Positions 8,293-17,682 of a stretch of 41,441 bases of DNA are shown here, piece by piece. A program made the position numbers and the translations under genes. The first letter of the stretch is position 1, and each line of letters starts with the position of its first letter. The notes under the pieces are model-generated. The model was not told the origin of the DNA. It made no database searches and was given only the letters and a program-made list of their open reading frames with translations. Origin of the DNA: a virus; the IMG/VR virus record IMGVR_UViG_3300029341_000010. One strand, given 5' to 3'.

Positions 8293-10542
8293 GTGGACGT
8301 ATTTGACCTTTTTGCAAAAATCACGCTGGATTCCAGCGAATATGAAAAGGCGCTGAAAAGAACAAAGGCCGAATCGCAAGCGTTTGTCAGCGGGTCTTAT
8401 GCAAAAGGCTTTGAAAAAGTTGCCGGTACAGTTATGAAGATCGGCACAGCGCTGGCGGGCGCCGGTACTGCTGCCGCTGGTTTTGCAATAAAAGTAGGCT
8501 CTGGCTTTGAATCTGCCATGTCGCAAACGCAGGCTATTTTTGGTATTACTGACAAGATGTCAGACGAATACAAGAAGCTGGAAGATACTGCCCGCGAATA
8601 CGGCAAAACCACGCAGTACAGCGCAAGCGAATCTGCTGACGCGCTGAAATATATGGCTTTGGCCGGGTGGGATGTAGAGCAAGCAACCTCTGCGCTGCCC
8701 GGCGTGCTGAACCTTGCGGCTGCGGCCAGCATGGATTTGGCGCAGGCATCTGACATGGTAACGGATTACATGTCGGCGTTTGGCATTGAAGCTGACCAAT
8801 CTGCATATTTTGCAGACGTTCTGGCTTATGCACAGAATAACGCAAACACGACAGTTGACCAATTGGGGCAGGCGTTTCAAAACTGCGCGGCGAACATGAA
8901 TGCGTCCGGGCAGGACTTTGAAACCACCACCGCGCTGCTGGAAGCTATGGCGAACCAGGGCACGAAGGGCAGCCTTGCAGGCACGCAGCTGGCCGCTATG
9001 ATGCGCGACCTGACCGCCAAAATGAAAAACGGCGCAATCACGATTGGCAACACCAGCATTGCGGTGCAGGATTCAAACGGCAATTTCCGCGACATGACGG
9101 ATATTTTGACTGAAGTTGCCACTGCTACAGACGGCATGGGCGATGCACAGCGTGCTACGGCGTTAAGCTCTGTATTTACGGCTGATTCTTTGAAGGGCGT
9201 CAACCTGATTTTGAATGAAGGCGTTGACAAAGTTGCCCAATATGAAGAAGAACTACGCAATGCCAACGGCACGGCAGCGGATGCGGCAAAAATCAATAAC
9301 GACAACCTTGCAGGCGCTTTAAAAGAATTAAGCTCTGCGGCTGAAGAAGTGGGTATTGCGGTATACAAAAAATTCCAGGAACCGCTGACAAAAGCCGTTG
9401 ATAAGGTTACGGAAATTGTACAGAATGTCAACATTGACGACCTTATCGAAAAAGGCAAAAACATGCTTGACACGCTGGCAAAGATTGCCCCCGCTATTGC
9501 TGCCATTGTAAGCGCGGCAACCGGGCTTTATGGCATGATTAAAATTGCCGACAAGTTAAAAGACTTTGGCGAAATGGCTGTGGCAATCAGCAAGGCAGGC
9601 GGGCTTATCGCTTCTATTGGCGGCCCTATTGCTATTGTAGTTGCCGCTATCGCGGCGCTGGTTGCAGGATTTGCTACGCTATACGCTACAAATGAAAATT
9701 TCAGAAACGGCGTTAATGCAGCATTGGATGCGATTTCTGCCAAGATTCAGGAAGTCGTGGCATTTGTACAGCCTTATGTTGAAGCGGCTATGCAGGTTAT
9801 CGGGCAGGTTGTTACGCAGGTCATTACAGATTTGACCCCGGTCATACAGAGCATCGGTGAAGCGTTCAGCGCTGCATGGAGCCTTGTACAGACTGTATGG
9901 GCATGGGCAAGTGCATTCTTTCAGGCTATCTTCCAGGCAATTGTGGTTATCTTTGCGCCGTTTGCACCGATTATCAGCGGATTCTTCCAGGGCGCGTGGA
10001 TCATCATTCAAAGCATCTGGAATGTTGCGGTAAGCTTTTTCCAGACTGTGTTTAATTTGATTACCGGCGTGTTCTCTACGATTGACGCTGTGTTGTCTGG
10101 TGACTTTCAGGGCGCGTGGGAGTCGATTCAGGGCATCTTTGAAGGTGCGTTTGACTTTTTCTCAACGGTCGGTCAAAACGTTGTAGAGGGCATCAAGGGT
10201 GGCATTGCGGCTGTTTGGGGCGGTCTTGTCAGCTTCGTGCAGGGCTTGTGGGATGGCATCAAGAGCATTTTTGTCATCAATGCAAGTGATGTAAAAAACA
10301 ACACGGGCGTTAATGGCAGCCATGCAGGCGGCATGGATTATGTCCCCTATAACAACTACGTTGCAAATCTGCATCGCGGTGAGATGGTGCTGACAGCCGA
10401 TGAAGCGGACAACTACAGACGCGGTAAGGGCAGCAGCAACGGCTTTAACCTGACGCAAAATATTTACGCGGCAAAGCAGACGCCGGTTGAACTGGCAGCA
10501 AGTACAGCAGCGTATTTTCAGCGGGCGAGGTGGGCGATATGA
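8293..10542 (+). CDS. Tail tape measure protein
   Basis: A 749-aa ORF with a GTG start 8 nt after AGGTGA. It contains the TP901-type core (YGKTTQYSASESADALKYMALAGW...LNLAAAASMDLAQASDMVTDYMSAFG) and hydrophobic helical repeats. Confidence 0.92.
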   Translation: MDVFDLFAKITLDSSEYEKALKRTKAESQAFVSGSYAKGFEKVAGTVMKIGTALAGAGTAAAGFAIKVGSGFESAMSQTQAIFGITDKMSDEYKKLEDTAREYGKTTQYSASESADALKYMALAGWDVEQATSALPGVLNLAAAASMDLAQASDMVTDYMSAFGIEADQSAYFADVLAYAQNNANTTVDQLGQAFQNCAANMNASGQDFETTTALLEAMANQGTKGSLAGTQLAAMMRDLTAKMKNGAITIGNTSIAVQDSNGNFRDMTDILTEVATATDGMGDAQRATALSSVFTADSLKGVNLILNEGVDKVAQYEEELRNANGTAADAAKINNDNLAGALKELSSAAEEVGIAVYKKFQEPLTKAVDKVTEIVQNVNIDDLIEKGKNMLDTLAKIAPAIAAIVSAATGLYGMIKIADKLKDFGEMAVAISKAGGLIASIGGPIAIVVAAIAALVAGFATLYATNENFRNGVNAALDAISAKIQEVVAFVQPYVEAAMQVIGQVVTQVITDLTPVIQSIGEAFSAAWSLVQTVWAWASAFFQAIFQAIVVIFAPFAPIISGFFQGAWIIIQSIWNVAVSFFQTVFNLITGVFSTIDAVLSGDFQGAWESIQGIFEGAFDFFSTVGQNVVEGIKGGIAAVWGGLVSFVQGLWDGIKSIFVINASDVKNNTGVNGSHAGGMDYVPYNNYVANLHRGEMVLTADEADNYRRGKGSSNGFNLTQNIYAAKQTPVELAASTAAYFQRARWAI

Positions 10543-11393
10543 GTTTTTTAAGCAAGACTTTTAAATACGTCAACTCGCTGGGGCAGTCTATCGTGTTTGA
10601 CTATGAGCATGGTTATCTTATAAGCAAGCCGGATGGCATTGATACAATTTCGGTCACTGCCAACACGGCGCAGGGCATCGGTCAAGTAGGCGCTACGGTG
10701 CAATCCAAGGCCATTCAGACGCGTCCTATTACCATCAATGGCAGAGTTATAGGCAATGACGCGCAAGCGCTGAAAGACGCGCTTATGACCGTTGTACGGC
10801 CTGACCTGACTGGGGTGTTATATGCCGGAGACTGGCACATAGATGTTATTGTAACGGCATCGCCTACCATTGGCGCATCAAAACACGGTGCACCGTTTCA
10901 GCTTGGTCTACTTGCCCCCTACCCGTATTGGGAAAGCGGCGAACGAAAGGCAATGCAGCTGCGCGGCGTGCAAAAAGGTTTTAAATTCCCATGGAATATC
11001 AGCAAAACGTATTATTTCGGCAAAGTCATTGTGCTGAAATACATTGTTTTGCAGAATTTCGGGCAGTTTGATGTTCCGTTTATTCTGGAAATCAATTGCG
11101 TTGGCGAGACGGCAACAAACGTAGGCATTGAAAACATGCTGACAGGTGAAGTGCTGCGGCTGGAAAAAACGCTTGTGGAAGATGAGCGTGTCGTTATCAA
11201 GACATCGCACGGGAAAACAACGGTCACAAGCTCTAAGGACGGTGACTGCCGGGGTGCACTTACGCTTGAAAGTACACTGTACAGAATTCATACGGGCGAT
11301 AATGCGTGGAAGCCTACTGCGGACAGTGGGCTTGAAAACGTTGAGATGAGTGTTTCGTTTGCGGAAGAAAGTGCGGGTGTAACGGTAATATGA
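10539..11393 (+). CDS. Distal tail protein (Dit)
   Basis: ATGA overlap with the tape measure stop. The N-terminus MSFLSKTFKYVNSLGQSIVFDYEHGYLISKPDGID is typical of siphovirus tail-family proteins. Confidence 0.8.
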   Translation: MSFLSKTFKYVNSLGQSIVFDYEHGYLISKPDGIDTISVTANTAQGIGQVGATVQSKAIQTRPITINGRVIGNDAQALKDALMTVVRPDLTGVLYAGDWHIDVIVTASPTIGASKHGAPFQLGLLAPYPYWESGERKAMQLRGVQKGFKFPWNISKTYYFGKVIVLKYIVLQNFGQFDVPFILEINCVGETATNVGIENMLTGEVLRLEKTLVEDERVVIKTSHGKTTVTSSKDGDCRGALTLESTLYRIHTGDNAWKPTADSGLENVEMSVSFAEESAGVTVI

Positions 11394-12400
11394 GATTAGA
11401 GCTGTTCTCCCCTGACCTTAGTAACCGACACGAAATCACGCACGCGATCAGCAGCGAATTCAGCGACTACTATAACGATGTGGGAAAATTTACGGTAGTT
11501 TTGCCGATGGATGAGTACAACATCGGGATAGTGGAACTGGATGCTGTTTTGTACATTGTAGAGCGAAGACTTGCGTATACGGTGGAAGAAATACAGTTCG
11601 ATTGCGATAACAGCGAAATCACGTTGAACGGTTACAGCCTGAACAACAAACTGAACCGGCGTGTTATTGCGGCAACTGCCAACATTGCCAACGTGGAAAC
11701 AGATGTATACAGCGTTATTACTGCCAACCTGCGCGGGCTGCCTGTACTGCTGGCGAAGAAAAAAGGCTTGACAGAAACCGTGAAAGCAACAGAGGTGTAC
11801 GGGGATGAACTGTTAAACTGCATACAGCCGATTTTGACAGATGCCGAGATTGGGAACCGGATGGTTTTGGACTACAGAGCCAAAACGGAAACGTTTGAAT
11901 TGTATAAGGGCGTTGACCGCACAGAGGGATTAAACGCGGTCCTGTTTGTGCAGGAACGCGGAACTGCGCCCGGGCTAGTAGTTGACAAGGATATTTCTGA
12001 ATACAAAAATGTGTGCTACTGTGAAGCGCAGTACAAAGACGGTACAAAGTTTGTGGTGCAGGCTGGCACGGCCATCGATGCGGAACGGCGCGAACTATGG
12101 GCGAGGTTCAGCGGAGACGCACAGCAAGATGGCGAGACAAACGCTGCGTTTCAGACGCGCGTTAAGCAGTATGCAGCGTTGCAGCTAGGTAGCCATTTGA
12201 ACCGAAACGGATTTGACATTGACGCGGACGGCGATGAACTGGGCACGGCATATAATGTCGGAGATTTGGTTTGGTGCGTTTCTTTGCGGCTGGGTGTAAA
12301 GTACAAGGCAAGAATAACGGCGGCAAAGTATTCACAGGATGCAAACGGGTCGAGCGTCAAGCTGGTTATTGGCGACCCGATTTTAACAGTGTTGAGGTGA
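11390..12400 (+). CDS. Tail hub / Tal-position protein (ReqiPepy6 Gp37-like)
   Basis: A 336-aa ORF overlapping the Dit stop. The N-terminus MRLELFSPDLSNRHEITHAISSEFSDYYNDVGKFTVVLP resembles the Gp37-like minor tail family. Confidence 0.65.
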   Translation: MRLELFSPDLSNRHEITHAISSEFSDYYNDVGKFTVVLPMDEYNIGIVELDAVLYIVERRLAYTVEEIQFDCDNSEITLNGYSLNNKLNRRVIAATANIANVETDVYSVITANLRGLPVLLAKKKGLTETVKATEVYGDELLNCIQPILTDAEIGNRMVLDYRAKTETFELYKGVDRTEGLNAVLFVQERGTAPGLVVDKDISEYKNVCYCEAQYKDGTKFVVQAGTAIDAERRELWARFSGDAQQDGETNAAFQTRVKQYAALQLGSHLNRNGFDIDADGDELGTAYNVGDLVWCVSLRLGVKYKARITAAKYSQDANGSSVKLVIGDPILTVLR

Positions 12401-12404
12401 GACA

Positions 12405-13400
12405 GTGGCAGAAATTAAAAATTTCCCGAATAATGTTGACGAATACATCGGGGCACAAAATGTCATGAAGTGGCTGCACGGGCGTACAAGCGGCGTTTTT
12501 GGCGCGGATGGCAATTTAAGTGTTACTGCAAACGGCAATATGACGGTAAGGGTATCGGATGGTGTTGGTTGGCTTGCGAACGACAAAGCAGACGGTACGG
12601 TTTTTTGGAATGATACCAAAGAACAGACCGGCAGCGAGTTACAGCTGACAATCCCGCTGGCGAATGCTGTATCGCCGCGTATTGACCGTGTTGTTGTGAG
12701 TTGGGACACAGTAGACTATGCAGCAAAACCGCGCATTGAAGTGCTGAAAGGTACGGCGGCTTCTACACCTGTTGCACCGGCACTGACAAACAATAGTCTG
12801 TTGCGGCAGATTTCGCTTGCACAGATTGCAATTCCCGCGGCAGCAAGCAAAATCACGTCGGCCAATATTACCGATGAACGACTTGACAGCACAGTATGCG
12901 GGCTTGTGACTGACTGGGTAAGCGTTGATACCAAGGTAATGCAAGAACAATTTGCTGCTTTTCTTACCCAAATTAAAACCGAGCTGGATCAGCTGTATGC
13001 TGGAACGGCTACGATGATGCGATCGACCTACGACCCGCAGGGGCGGCAGACCGATATTTTCAAGGCAATCGACAAGGTCTCCAACATCTACTACGCCAGG
13101 CTTACGCTGAACGGGTGGACGGCTTGCAGCAGCGCCGACCAGGCCAAAGACCTACTGTACCAGCAGACGGCTACGCTGACCTGCGCGAACAGCCATGCGC
13201 CGGTGGTGACGGCTGCCAGCGAGTTTTTGTCCGGCATCGGCTACGACAAGACCGGGGTGCCCGCTACCGATGATGTGCTGAATGAAGTGCAGGACATTAT
13301 CAACGACGGCGTGACGGTCACGGCGTACAATTCGGTGCTGGTTAAGGTGAAAAAAAAGCCCACTGCCGAAATCCGGGCACGGTGGGTCATTCAAAGCTGA
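12405..13400 (+). CDS. Tail fibre / receptor-binding protein candidate 1
   Basis: GTG start 7 nt after GAGG. The 331-aa product follows the hub gene, and its N-terminal region (SPRIDRVVVSWD...ITDERLDSTVCGLV) resembles Firmicutes phage fibre/baseplate proteins. Confidence 0.6.
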   Translation: MAEIKNFPNNVDEYIGAQNVMKWLHGRTSGVFGADGNLSVTANGNMTVRVSDGVGWLANDKADGTVFWNDTKEQTGSELQLTIPLANAVSPRIDRVVVSWDTVDYAAKPRIEVLKGTAASTPVAPALTNNSLLRQISLAQIAIPAAASKITSANITDERLDSTVCGLVTDWVSVDTKVMQEQFAAFLTQIKTELDQLYAGTATMMRSTYDPQGRQTDIFKAIDKVSNIYYARLTLNGWTACSSADQAKDLLYQQTATLTCANSHAPVVTAASEFLSGIGYDKTGVPATDDVLNEVQDIINDGVTVTAYNSVLVKVKKKPTAEIRARWVIQS

Positions 13401-13438
13401 TGGAGGTTTAGCATGAAACATTGTAATAAATCTGCGGC

Positions 13439-13837
13439 ATGTGCTGCGCGGGGGTACTGCTGATGGGAGTAGCACCGAGGATTCCGGGAGAGAACGCAAA
13501 AGGGAAAATGCTTGCACAAATCTATGAATACGGGATGGGGTCGGCAAGCATTAAGGCACTTTACTGTAACGAGAAATTGGCAAGCGCTTCAGATGGCACT
13601 TTTGAAATCCATATTAAAAAAGCGGGTACATATCGGCTTATTGGCTGGGTGCAGGCACGGGATTCCGCCTATAAGGCTTATTTGAAATGCAATGATGTTA
13701 CAATCTTCGGCCCTTTTATTAACAGCGGTTTTGACCTTGAAAAAAAATTAAGTGCAGGAGATGTCATCAGTATCCCCAGTCAGTACATGGATTATTATTC
13801 TACAGCATCTGCAACATTGATTATACTTACAACTTAA
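13439..13837 (+). CDS. Hypothetical small beta-rich protein (probable true start ATG 13508)
   Basis: An ORF in an A+T-rich gap after fibre 1. The sequence GTFEIHIKKAGTYRLIGWVQA looks like a small beta-sandwich; the start is uncertain. Confidence 0.5.
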   Translation: MCCAGVLLMGVAPRIPGENAKGKMLAQIYEYGMGSASIKALYCNEKLASASDGTFEIHIKKAGTYRLIGWVQARDSAYKAYLKCNDVTIFGPFINSGFDLEKKLSAGDVISIPSQYMDYYSTASATLIILTT

Positions 13838-13939
13838 TGGAAGCGAGTGATTTTATGGGAATGTCGCCGAGAACACCTGGCGGTAAAAAATTGAAGTTGC
13901 TACTGTAGAAATTTACGTCTACAAATAACGAGGTACAAA

Positions 13940-14257
13940 ATGAAAATCTACGATGAAATCACCAACGAGGAGCTGACATCTCCCGACCTGTCAGCCGGTT
14001 ATCTCTACACCGCCCGGCGGGTTTCCGAGCATGTGCCGGAGAGCCGGGAAGTGATGCAGGGCACTGTCACCGAGGACGACCCCAAAGGCCTTGAACACAT
14101 CATCTCCGGCTACGATGTGTACGAGGACTGCCAGTTCTACCACGCTTACACGGCAGAGGAACTGGCCGAGCGGGAAAAACCCACGCTGCAGGAACAGGTG
14201 GACGCCAACGCGGCGGCCATTTTGGAGCTGGCCCAGATGCTGGCCGGAGGTGAATGA
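13940..14257 (+). CDS. Tail-fibre accessory protein (XkdW-position)
   Basis: A 105-aa acidic ORF. Its C-terminal helix LQEQVDANAAAILELAQMLAGGE parallels the C-terminus of 17087-17437, and a very small ORF follows it as in xkdW-xkdX pairs. Confidence 0.6.
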   Translation: MKIYDEITNEELTSPDLSAGYLYTARRVSEHVPESREVMQGTVTEDDPKGLEHIISGYDVYEDCQFYHAYTAEELAEREKPTLQEQVDANAAAILELAQMLAGGE

Positions 14258-14258
14258 T

Positions 14259-14363
14259 ATGGTACAGTTTTATATCTGCTGCATCAAGCGCGGGCTGATT
14301 ACGCTGGACAAAGTGCCGGAGAAATGGCGTGAGGCCGTAAGGGCAGAGATGGAGGGAGCATGA
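14259..14363 (+). CDS. Very small phage protein (34 aa, XkdX/CD1375-like position)
   Basis: ATG 8 nt after GGAGG. The product MVQFYICCIKRGLITLDKVPEKWREAVRAEMEGA overlaps the start of the next gene. Confidence 0.55.
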   Translation: MVQFYICCIKRGLITLDKVPEKWREAVRAEMEGA

Positions 14364-17032
14364 CGCATGAAGTAGTGCTGCAGGGGTACAACGTAAAGCC
14401 TGGCTCCCTGCAGCTTGGAACCTTTGACAGCTATGGCATTGAGAAAATCCACGTGACGGCAGATGACAGTTGGGATGGGCTGGCCATTGTTGTAACTTTT
14501 AATCCACCCGAAGGTGACGCGGTAGAAGTGCGCGTGCCTGCAGATGGTACGGTAGATGTACCGCCTGAAGCGACCACTTACGAAGGCAAGGGCACCATTG
14601 TATTTTGCGGTGTTGACAGCGGTGTACAGCGCATTACAAAAACAATGGGCTATGTGGTAATCACTCATGCAAATGTGGGCACTGACACAGCCTTTACGCC
14701 GAGTGAGGATTTGGCCGCGCAGGTATTGAACGCCGCTTTGAGCGCAGAGCGCAGCAGCACAGAAGCAAACACGGCGGCACAGGGCGCACAGAAGGCAGCA
14801 GAAAATGCAGCAAGCGCGGCACAGGCAAGTGCCGAATCCGCTAACAAGGCAGCGGCGGAAGCGGCAGCGGCCAAACCTTACACCGAAAGTGCAAAAGCAA
14901 GTGCAGAAGCGGCAAGGGATTCGGAAAATCAGGCGCAGCAATCCAGCACGGAAGCAACCGCTGCGAAAAATGCCGCACAAAATGCACAGGCTGGTGCAGA
15001 AAGCTCCGCATCGGCTGCGGCAAAGTCAGCAAAAGAAGCGGCTGCCAGTGCGGTAAATCTGGACAATGCTGTAAACACGGCAACGCAGAAAGCAGCGGCA
15101 GCAAGCGCTTCGGCAGCAGCGGCAAAGGCGAGCGAGAATGCAGCAGCCAACAGTGAGGCAGCGGCGAAAACGTATGCCGAGAGTGCGCGGACGGCCAAAA
15201 ACAGTGCTGCCGCCAGTGCGGAAACCGCGAACGCGGCGAAAGATTCGGCCAGCGCCAGTGCCAGAGATGCAGCCGCAAGTAAAATTGCAGCTGCGGCCAG
15301 TGAGAAAAATGCAGCGAACAGCGCCAGCTCTGCGGCGGGCAGCGCCAGCGCCGCCAAAGAAAGCGAAAAGGCGGCCGCCAAGAGTGCCGAAGAAGCCAAG
15401 GCATCTACCCCGGCGTCTACGCTGGACGGCATGTACACGGCCATGCTGGACGGCACCAACACGCAGAAGATCTTTAAACTGTGGTGGCCGTTTGCCGTAA
15501 CGCAGAGCGAAAACAAGTACAGCTGCCTGGAACGCTTTGCCGCCATGCTGGACACCGCCTGGGGCGATAAGACCTACACGGTGCGGAACATCCACGAGAG
15601 CGTGAGCGGCGATGCCAGCGGCACCCCGCTGGATGATCTGGCAGACGGCCGCAGCGCTGCGCCCCTGGTGACGGATGCCAGCACGGGCGTGGCAGATTGG
15701 GCCGAAAACGACCCCATGACCTGGTATGTGCGTGCCAACGCCAAGAGCCTGGCAGACGGCACCATGGAGGTGCTGGCCGTTGAGACCGAAGCCGCCTTTG
15801 ATGTGGCCGGCGAGACCGCGCCGGTGTACTGCTTTTCCCCTGCCCTGGCCGTGAAGGAATGGGATGACGGCAGCTACCTTTACACTAGCTGGCACATGCG
15901 CGCAGGCGACGGCTATGTGCCGATGGCGGGCGATGTAGCCCCAGACGGCACCCACCGCCTGCTGACCTGGCACCCTGCTTTTTACGGCGGTAAAAACAGC
16001 GCGGGCGGCATGACAAGCGGCGCTGGCCTGCTGCCCATGTCCTGGACCAGCGCCAACGCGGCGCTACCGCTGGCCCGGAAGCTGACCGCCTACGATGGGC
16101 TGTGGTGCGATTGTGACACCCAGTTTGCCCTGATGGCCTGGCGGCTGCGCCACTGGACGTTAAGCAACAGCGGCCAGCTGGAAGGATGCACCAACTACAA
16201 CTACCAGTACACCCTTGCGGCAGCCGAAACCGGCGTGAAGCGTGTGCTGCTGACCAAAGCCCAGGGTACCAACCTGCTGGTGGGCAGCTGCGTGTGCCTG
16301 GGTGAACACGGAAGCAATACGAACAACGACCGAAACCAGGCATACAACCACGATGTGTTCAATGTTGCCAAGATTTTGAGCGTTGAGACCGTAACCGTGA
16401 ACGATACCGAGTATGCGGCCGTAAACCTGGACCTGGCAAGCACCATCGACACCACGACCACGATGCTGGTAAGCACCATGCCGTGGCCGAACGGCACCAC
16501 CGAAGCACTGCCCGGCCATAGTGACGGCTGCATTGGTAACCTGACCAACGGCAAATACCCGTACCGCATTGCCGGTATGGAAATGCAGATCGGCAGCTAT
16601 TGCGAAGAACTTGACCCGCTGTGGAAGGCCAGCCTGGTGGACGATGACCACTGGCACTATGATGTGTACAGTTGCCGGGACAGTGAGAAGCTGGCCGGAA
16701 GCATCACCGCCAACTACCAGAAGGTGGGTGAATTTGACCTGCCGAACGCGAACAAGTGGAGCTGGAACTTTATCCGCGCATTGAACAAAATGGCGGCAGA
16801 AGCACAAATCCCGACGAAGTTCGGCGGTTCCAGCAGCACCTACGTCAAGGCCGCCTTCCTTTCCCCTGGCGGGGCCGGTGTGTGTGCGCCCTGGCGCTTC
16901 GGCTCCCTCAACGATGGGGGCGCCTGTGGTTTGCCCTGCGCGCATGGTGGCTCTGGCACCGGCACCTCCGGCTGGAACGGCGTGCCGCGGCTTGCTGGAT
17001 CTGGCAAAAAGCGGGGTGAATGGCCCGCGTAA
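14360..17032 (+). CDS. Large tail fibre protein 2 with Ala/Ser-rich coiled stalk and distinct C-terminal domain
   Basis: An 890-aa ORF. About 230 aa form an SAxxAxxSA-type repeat stalk (roughly 14690-15420), a feature seen in many phage tail fibres, followed by a C-terminal domain of about 500 aa. Confidence 0.8.
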   Translation: MTHEVVLQGYNVKPGSLQLGTFDSYGIEKIHVTADDSWDGLAIVVTFNPPEGDAVEVRVPADGTVDVPPEATTYEGKGTIVFCGVDSGVQRITKTMGYVVITHANVGTDTAFTPSEDLAAQVLNAALSAERSSTEANTAAQGAQKAAENAASAAQASAESANKAAAEAAAAKPYTESAKASAEAARDSENQAQQSSTEATAAKNAAQNAQAGAESSASAAAKSAKEAAASAVNLDNAVNTATQKAAAASASAAAAKASENAAANSEAAAKTYAESARTAKNSAAASAETANAAKDSASASARDAAASKIAAAASEKNAANSASSAAGSASAAKESEKAAAKSAEEAKASTPASTLDGMYTAMLDGTNTQKIFKLWWPFAVTQSENKYSCLERFAAMLDTAWGDKTYTVRNIHESVSGDASGTPLDDLADGRSAAPLVTDASTGVADWAENDPMTWYVRANAKSLADGTMEVLAVETEAAFDVAGETAPVYCFSPALAVKEWDDGSYLYTSWHMRAGDGYVPMAGDVAPDGTHRLLTWHPAFYGGKNSAGGMTSGAGLLPMSWTSANAALPLARKLTAYDGLWCDCDTQFALMAWRLRHWTLSNSGQLEGCTNYNYQYTLAAAETGVKRVLLTKAQGTNLLVGSCVCLGEHGSNTNNDRNQAYNHDVFNVAKILSVETVTVNDTEYAAVNLDLASTIDTTTTMLVSTMPWPNGTTEALPGHSDGCIGNLTNGKYPYRIAGMEMQIGSYCEELDPLWKASLVDDDHWHYDVYSCRDSEKLAGSITANYQKVGEFDLPNANKWSWNFIRALNKMAAEAQIPTKFGGSSSTYVKAAFLSPGGAGVCAPWRFGSLNDGGACGLPCAHGGSGTGTSGWNGVPRLAGSGKKRGEWPA

Positions 17033-17042
17033 GCAGGGCCAG

Positions 17043-17062
17043 AGGGGCAGCAGGCCCCTTTT
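17043..17062 (+). terminator. Weak hairpin / possible terminator
   Basis: AGGGGC-AGCAG-GCCCCT followed by only TTTT. Confidence 0.3.
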
Positions 17063-17086
17063 GACGATAAGAGAGGTGAAAGCAGG

Positions 17087-17437
17087 ATGAAGTACACGGA
17101 AACACTGGACCACGCCCCCGCTGCTGTGGAGCTGGAACGGCTGCCTGATGGCACCGCCTGGCTGCGGCTGCACAAGGATGTGGTGCAGGGAAAGACCGAA
17201 GCGCCGGAGGGTGAAGAGGGCGGGCCGTGCTGGACGGCCACCACTGCGGTGGCCCAGCTGGGCACCGACCGCGCGGCCGAAACGGTGGAGAGCATCACCG
17301 CCAACCTGGACGACTGGTGGACCTATGCCGAAGCATGGGAAGAACAGCCGCCCATGACGCTGAACCAGCGCATGGATGCGGTGGAAACCGCCCTGGCCGA
17401 CATTGTGGACATTATGACGGGAGGTGCCGAAGCATGA
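17087..17437 (+). CDS. Tail-fibre accessory protein (second XkdW-position gene)
   Basis: A 116-aa acidic ORF with a GAGAGGTGA RBS. Its C-terminus LNQRMDAVETALADIVDIMTGGAEA parallels that of 13940-14257. Confidence 0.6.
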   Translation: MKYTETLDHAPAAVELERLPDGTAWLRLHKDVVQGKTEAPEGEEGGPCWTATTAVAQLGTDRAAETVESITANLDDWWTYAEAWEEQPPMTLNQRMDAVETALADIVDIMTGGAEA

Positions 17438-17556
17438 GCATTTGGCTGCTTTTGTACCGCATGAAAAAGATCACTGCGGCACAGATTTGGGAGCGCGTTG
17501 ACAGCGGCGCAATCAGCGCCGAAGAGGCCGTGAAAATCTGCGGCCCCAGACCGTGA
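17434..17556 (+). CDS. XkdX-family small protein (40 aa)
   Basis: ATGA overlap with the upstream stop. The product MSIWLLLYRMKKITAAQIWERVDSGAISAEEAVKICGPRP fits the XkdX pattern. Confidence 0.7.
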   Translation: MSIWLLLYRMKKITAAQIWERVDSGAISAEEAVKICGPRP

Positions 17557-17682
17557 GCGTAAAGGTCGGCCTGCTGACGCGTGCGATGCTCGTGCTGTGG
17601 GATTATAAAGAGGCCATCCCGGACGCACTGCCCTGCTGAGGGAGTATGAGCGTCTGGTGATGAATAATGATGAGGTGATACC

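Noticed and set aside
14841-15973. Several long overlapping ORFs in both directions (14841-15404, 14929-15555, 15026-15973 and 15138-15500)
   Set aside because: All lie within the Ala/Ser-rich stalk of the fibre gene. Their Pro/Arg/Ala-rich translations are artefacts of GCN-rich repeats that lack stop codons.
16800-17032. Possible diversity-generating retroelement target (Gly/Trp/Asn-rich fibre C-terminus)
   Set aside because: No reverse transcriptase gene and no template repeat matching this segment occur anywhere in the 41.3-kb genome.
16160-17173. A 337-aa minus-strand ORF plus other ORFs at 16756-17304
   Set aside because: They are antisense to, or out of frame with, the G+C-rich C-terminal part of fibre 2. 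The sequences are not protein-like, being Arg/Gly/Pro/Ala-rich.
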